Position numbers and translations under genes: made by a program. From an uncultured cyanobacterium (lineage in GTDB: Bacteria; Cyanobacteriota; Cyanobacteriia; CAKZMO01), in NCBI GenBank assembly GCA_963719515.1, contig CAVRCJ010000017.1, forward strand, positions 88,455 to 152,454: 64,000 bases of DNA. Direction: 5' to 3'. Each line of letters starts with the position of its first letter. The stretch's first letter is position 1. Below, one piece after another: positions 62,833 through 64,000 of this stretch. The notes beneath the pieces were generated by a model. The model made no database searches and had not been told where the DNA came from. It was given only the letters and a program-made list of their open reading frames with translations.

Positions 62833-63056
62833 ATTGTCGTCCTCCAGTATAAAAAACTTCAGATTAGTGTAAGTGCTCACTGATTGTAATGTTTGCAACT
62901 AAGCCATGGGGTTACCGAGATCACTGTTGAATGACCTCTATCCCAAATCATCCAAATACTGCCTTAAGTATCGCGCCGAACGGAACCGTAGGCCGAAGGA
63001 CGCTTCCGAAAATTGTTCGATAGTGCTTTCGGCAGTCTTGTGGCCTTGAGCAGAGG

Positions 63057-64000
63057 CTAAATATCTAAGCGGGTCGACCAGTCTTGCCCCACTCGAATCG
63101 TCAGATCCGACTCGAGATCGCCAGTGGAGGTCGACACGACGTTCCCAACGCCGATGAGCTGCTCTAGCAGCGCGCCCCCCCGGACGTCGCCTCGCTGAGC
63201 AATAATTTAAGTCTGCGCCTGCGTCGTGGGCCAATCAGGAACGATATAGACGCGCTCAAACCCTTGGTCCCGTAAATGCTGTGCCATCTGCTGCGCGGAA
63301 TAGGGCGACTCCGATGCGTTTTGTACCGCGATGCGCATCGTCTGCTGGAGACTAACGCCATCTGGGGCGCCTGCCGCCTCAGCCCGAGTCAGCCGGTCGG
63401 TGAGGGGCCGCGAACGCGATGGGGTCACCTCGAAGTAGTCCTGCATGATGCGGCTGACGTCGCCGGTATCCGGTATCCAGTAGCTTGCGAAATATTCGTC
63501 AATCCGGCTGAACTTCCCTGGCAGCATCACCATATTCACGTCAGAGCGCTCTAGACCCAGAGCAAAGTTTGTCAACGACAAAATCTCTTCCCCATTCAAG
63601 TTGGTGTCAACATGGGTCCGGATCAGAGTAATCAGCGCCGGAATCTTCGTCAGCATAGCGGGACTAGAGAGGCGATCGCGCAGAGCTCCGAGCAGGACTT
63701 GCTGCCGCTGCACCCGGCCAATATCCCCATTGCCGTCACTGCGAAATCGAGCAAACTGCTCGGCCTGATCGCCACTGAGACGCTGCTGACCTGCCTTCAG
63801 ATCGATGTGCAGGTCTTGGGTCTGGTCGACGTAGGACATATCCTGGGGAACAAACACATCCACCCCGCCCAGGAGATCGACCAGCGCCCGAAACGCCGAG
63901 GTGTTGAAGCGCACATAGCGATCGACCTCCACGCCCTGGAGGTTGTGGCTGACGACCGCCGCCGCCAGCTTTGGCCCCCCCAGGAGATTAGCGTGGTTGA
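63057..64000 (-). CDS. LCP (LytR-CpsA-Psr) family protein, 5' partial, frameshifted near the C-terminus
   Basis: VDLLGGVDV, FARFR..GDIGRVQRQQ, MLPG; LytR_C tail STGDLESDLTIRVGQDW in another frame. Confidence 0.85.

Noticed and set aside
1..64000. Very frequent GCGATCGC octamer
   Set aside because: This is the well-known cyanobacterial HIP1 sequence; useful for taxonomy, not novel

Overview
64 kb of chromosome from a GC-rich cyanobacterium. The HIP1 octamer GCGATCGC recurs throughout, and a SepJ-like gene suggests a filamentous lineage. Most of the window is housekeeping: clpC, rimI, lysA-cdaA-uppS, dnaK, a cellulose-synthase-like GT2, a rhomboid/NfeD/SPFH cluster, dnaX, sufR with ftrC-sufBCDS, gluconokinase, RNase D, sodC, menF, gshB-grxC and an LCP protein. 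An accessory patch at about 24.4-30.9 kb holds a CHRD pseudogene behind a perfect 28-bp palindrome, a ~385-bp ORF-less IS200/IS605-like element that may still make a TnpB-type guide RNA, a BrnT toxin-antitoxin pair, and an NLR/APAF1-like gene. That gene (caspase + NB-ARC + nine near-identical 31/32-aa repeats with a hypervariable patch) is the best candidate for an uncharacterised immune or cell-death system. Several genes carry single-base frameshifts, densest in the last 4 kb. These look like sequencing or assembly errors rather than true pseudogenes. All family assignments come from motif recognition by eye, with no database search.
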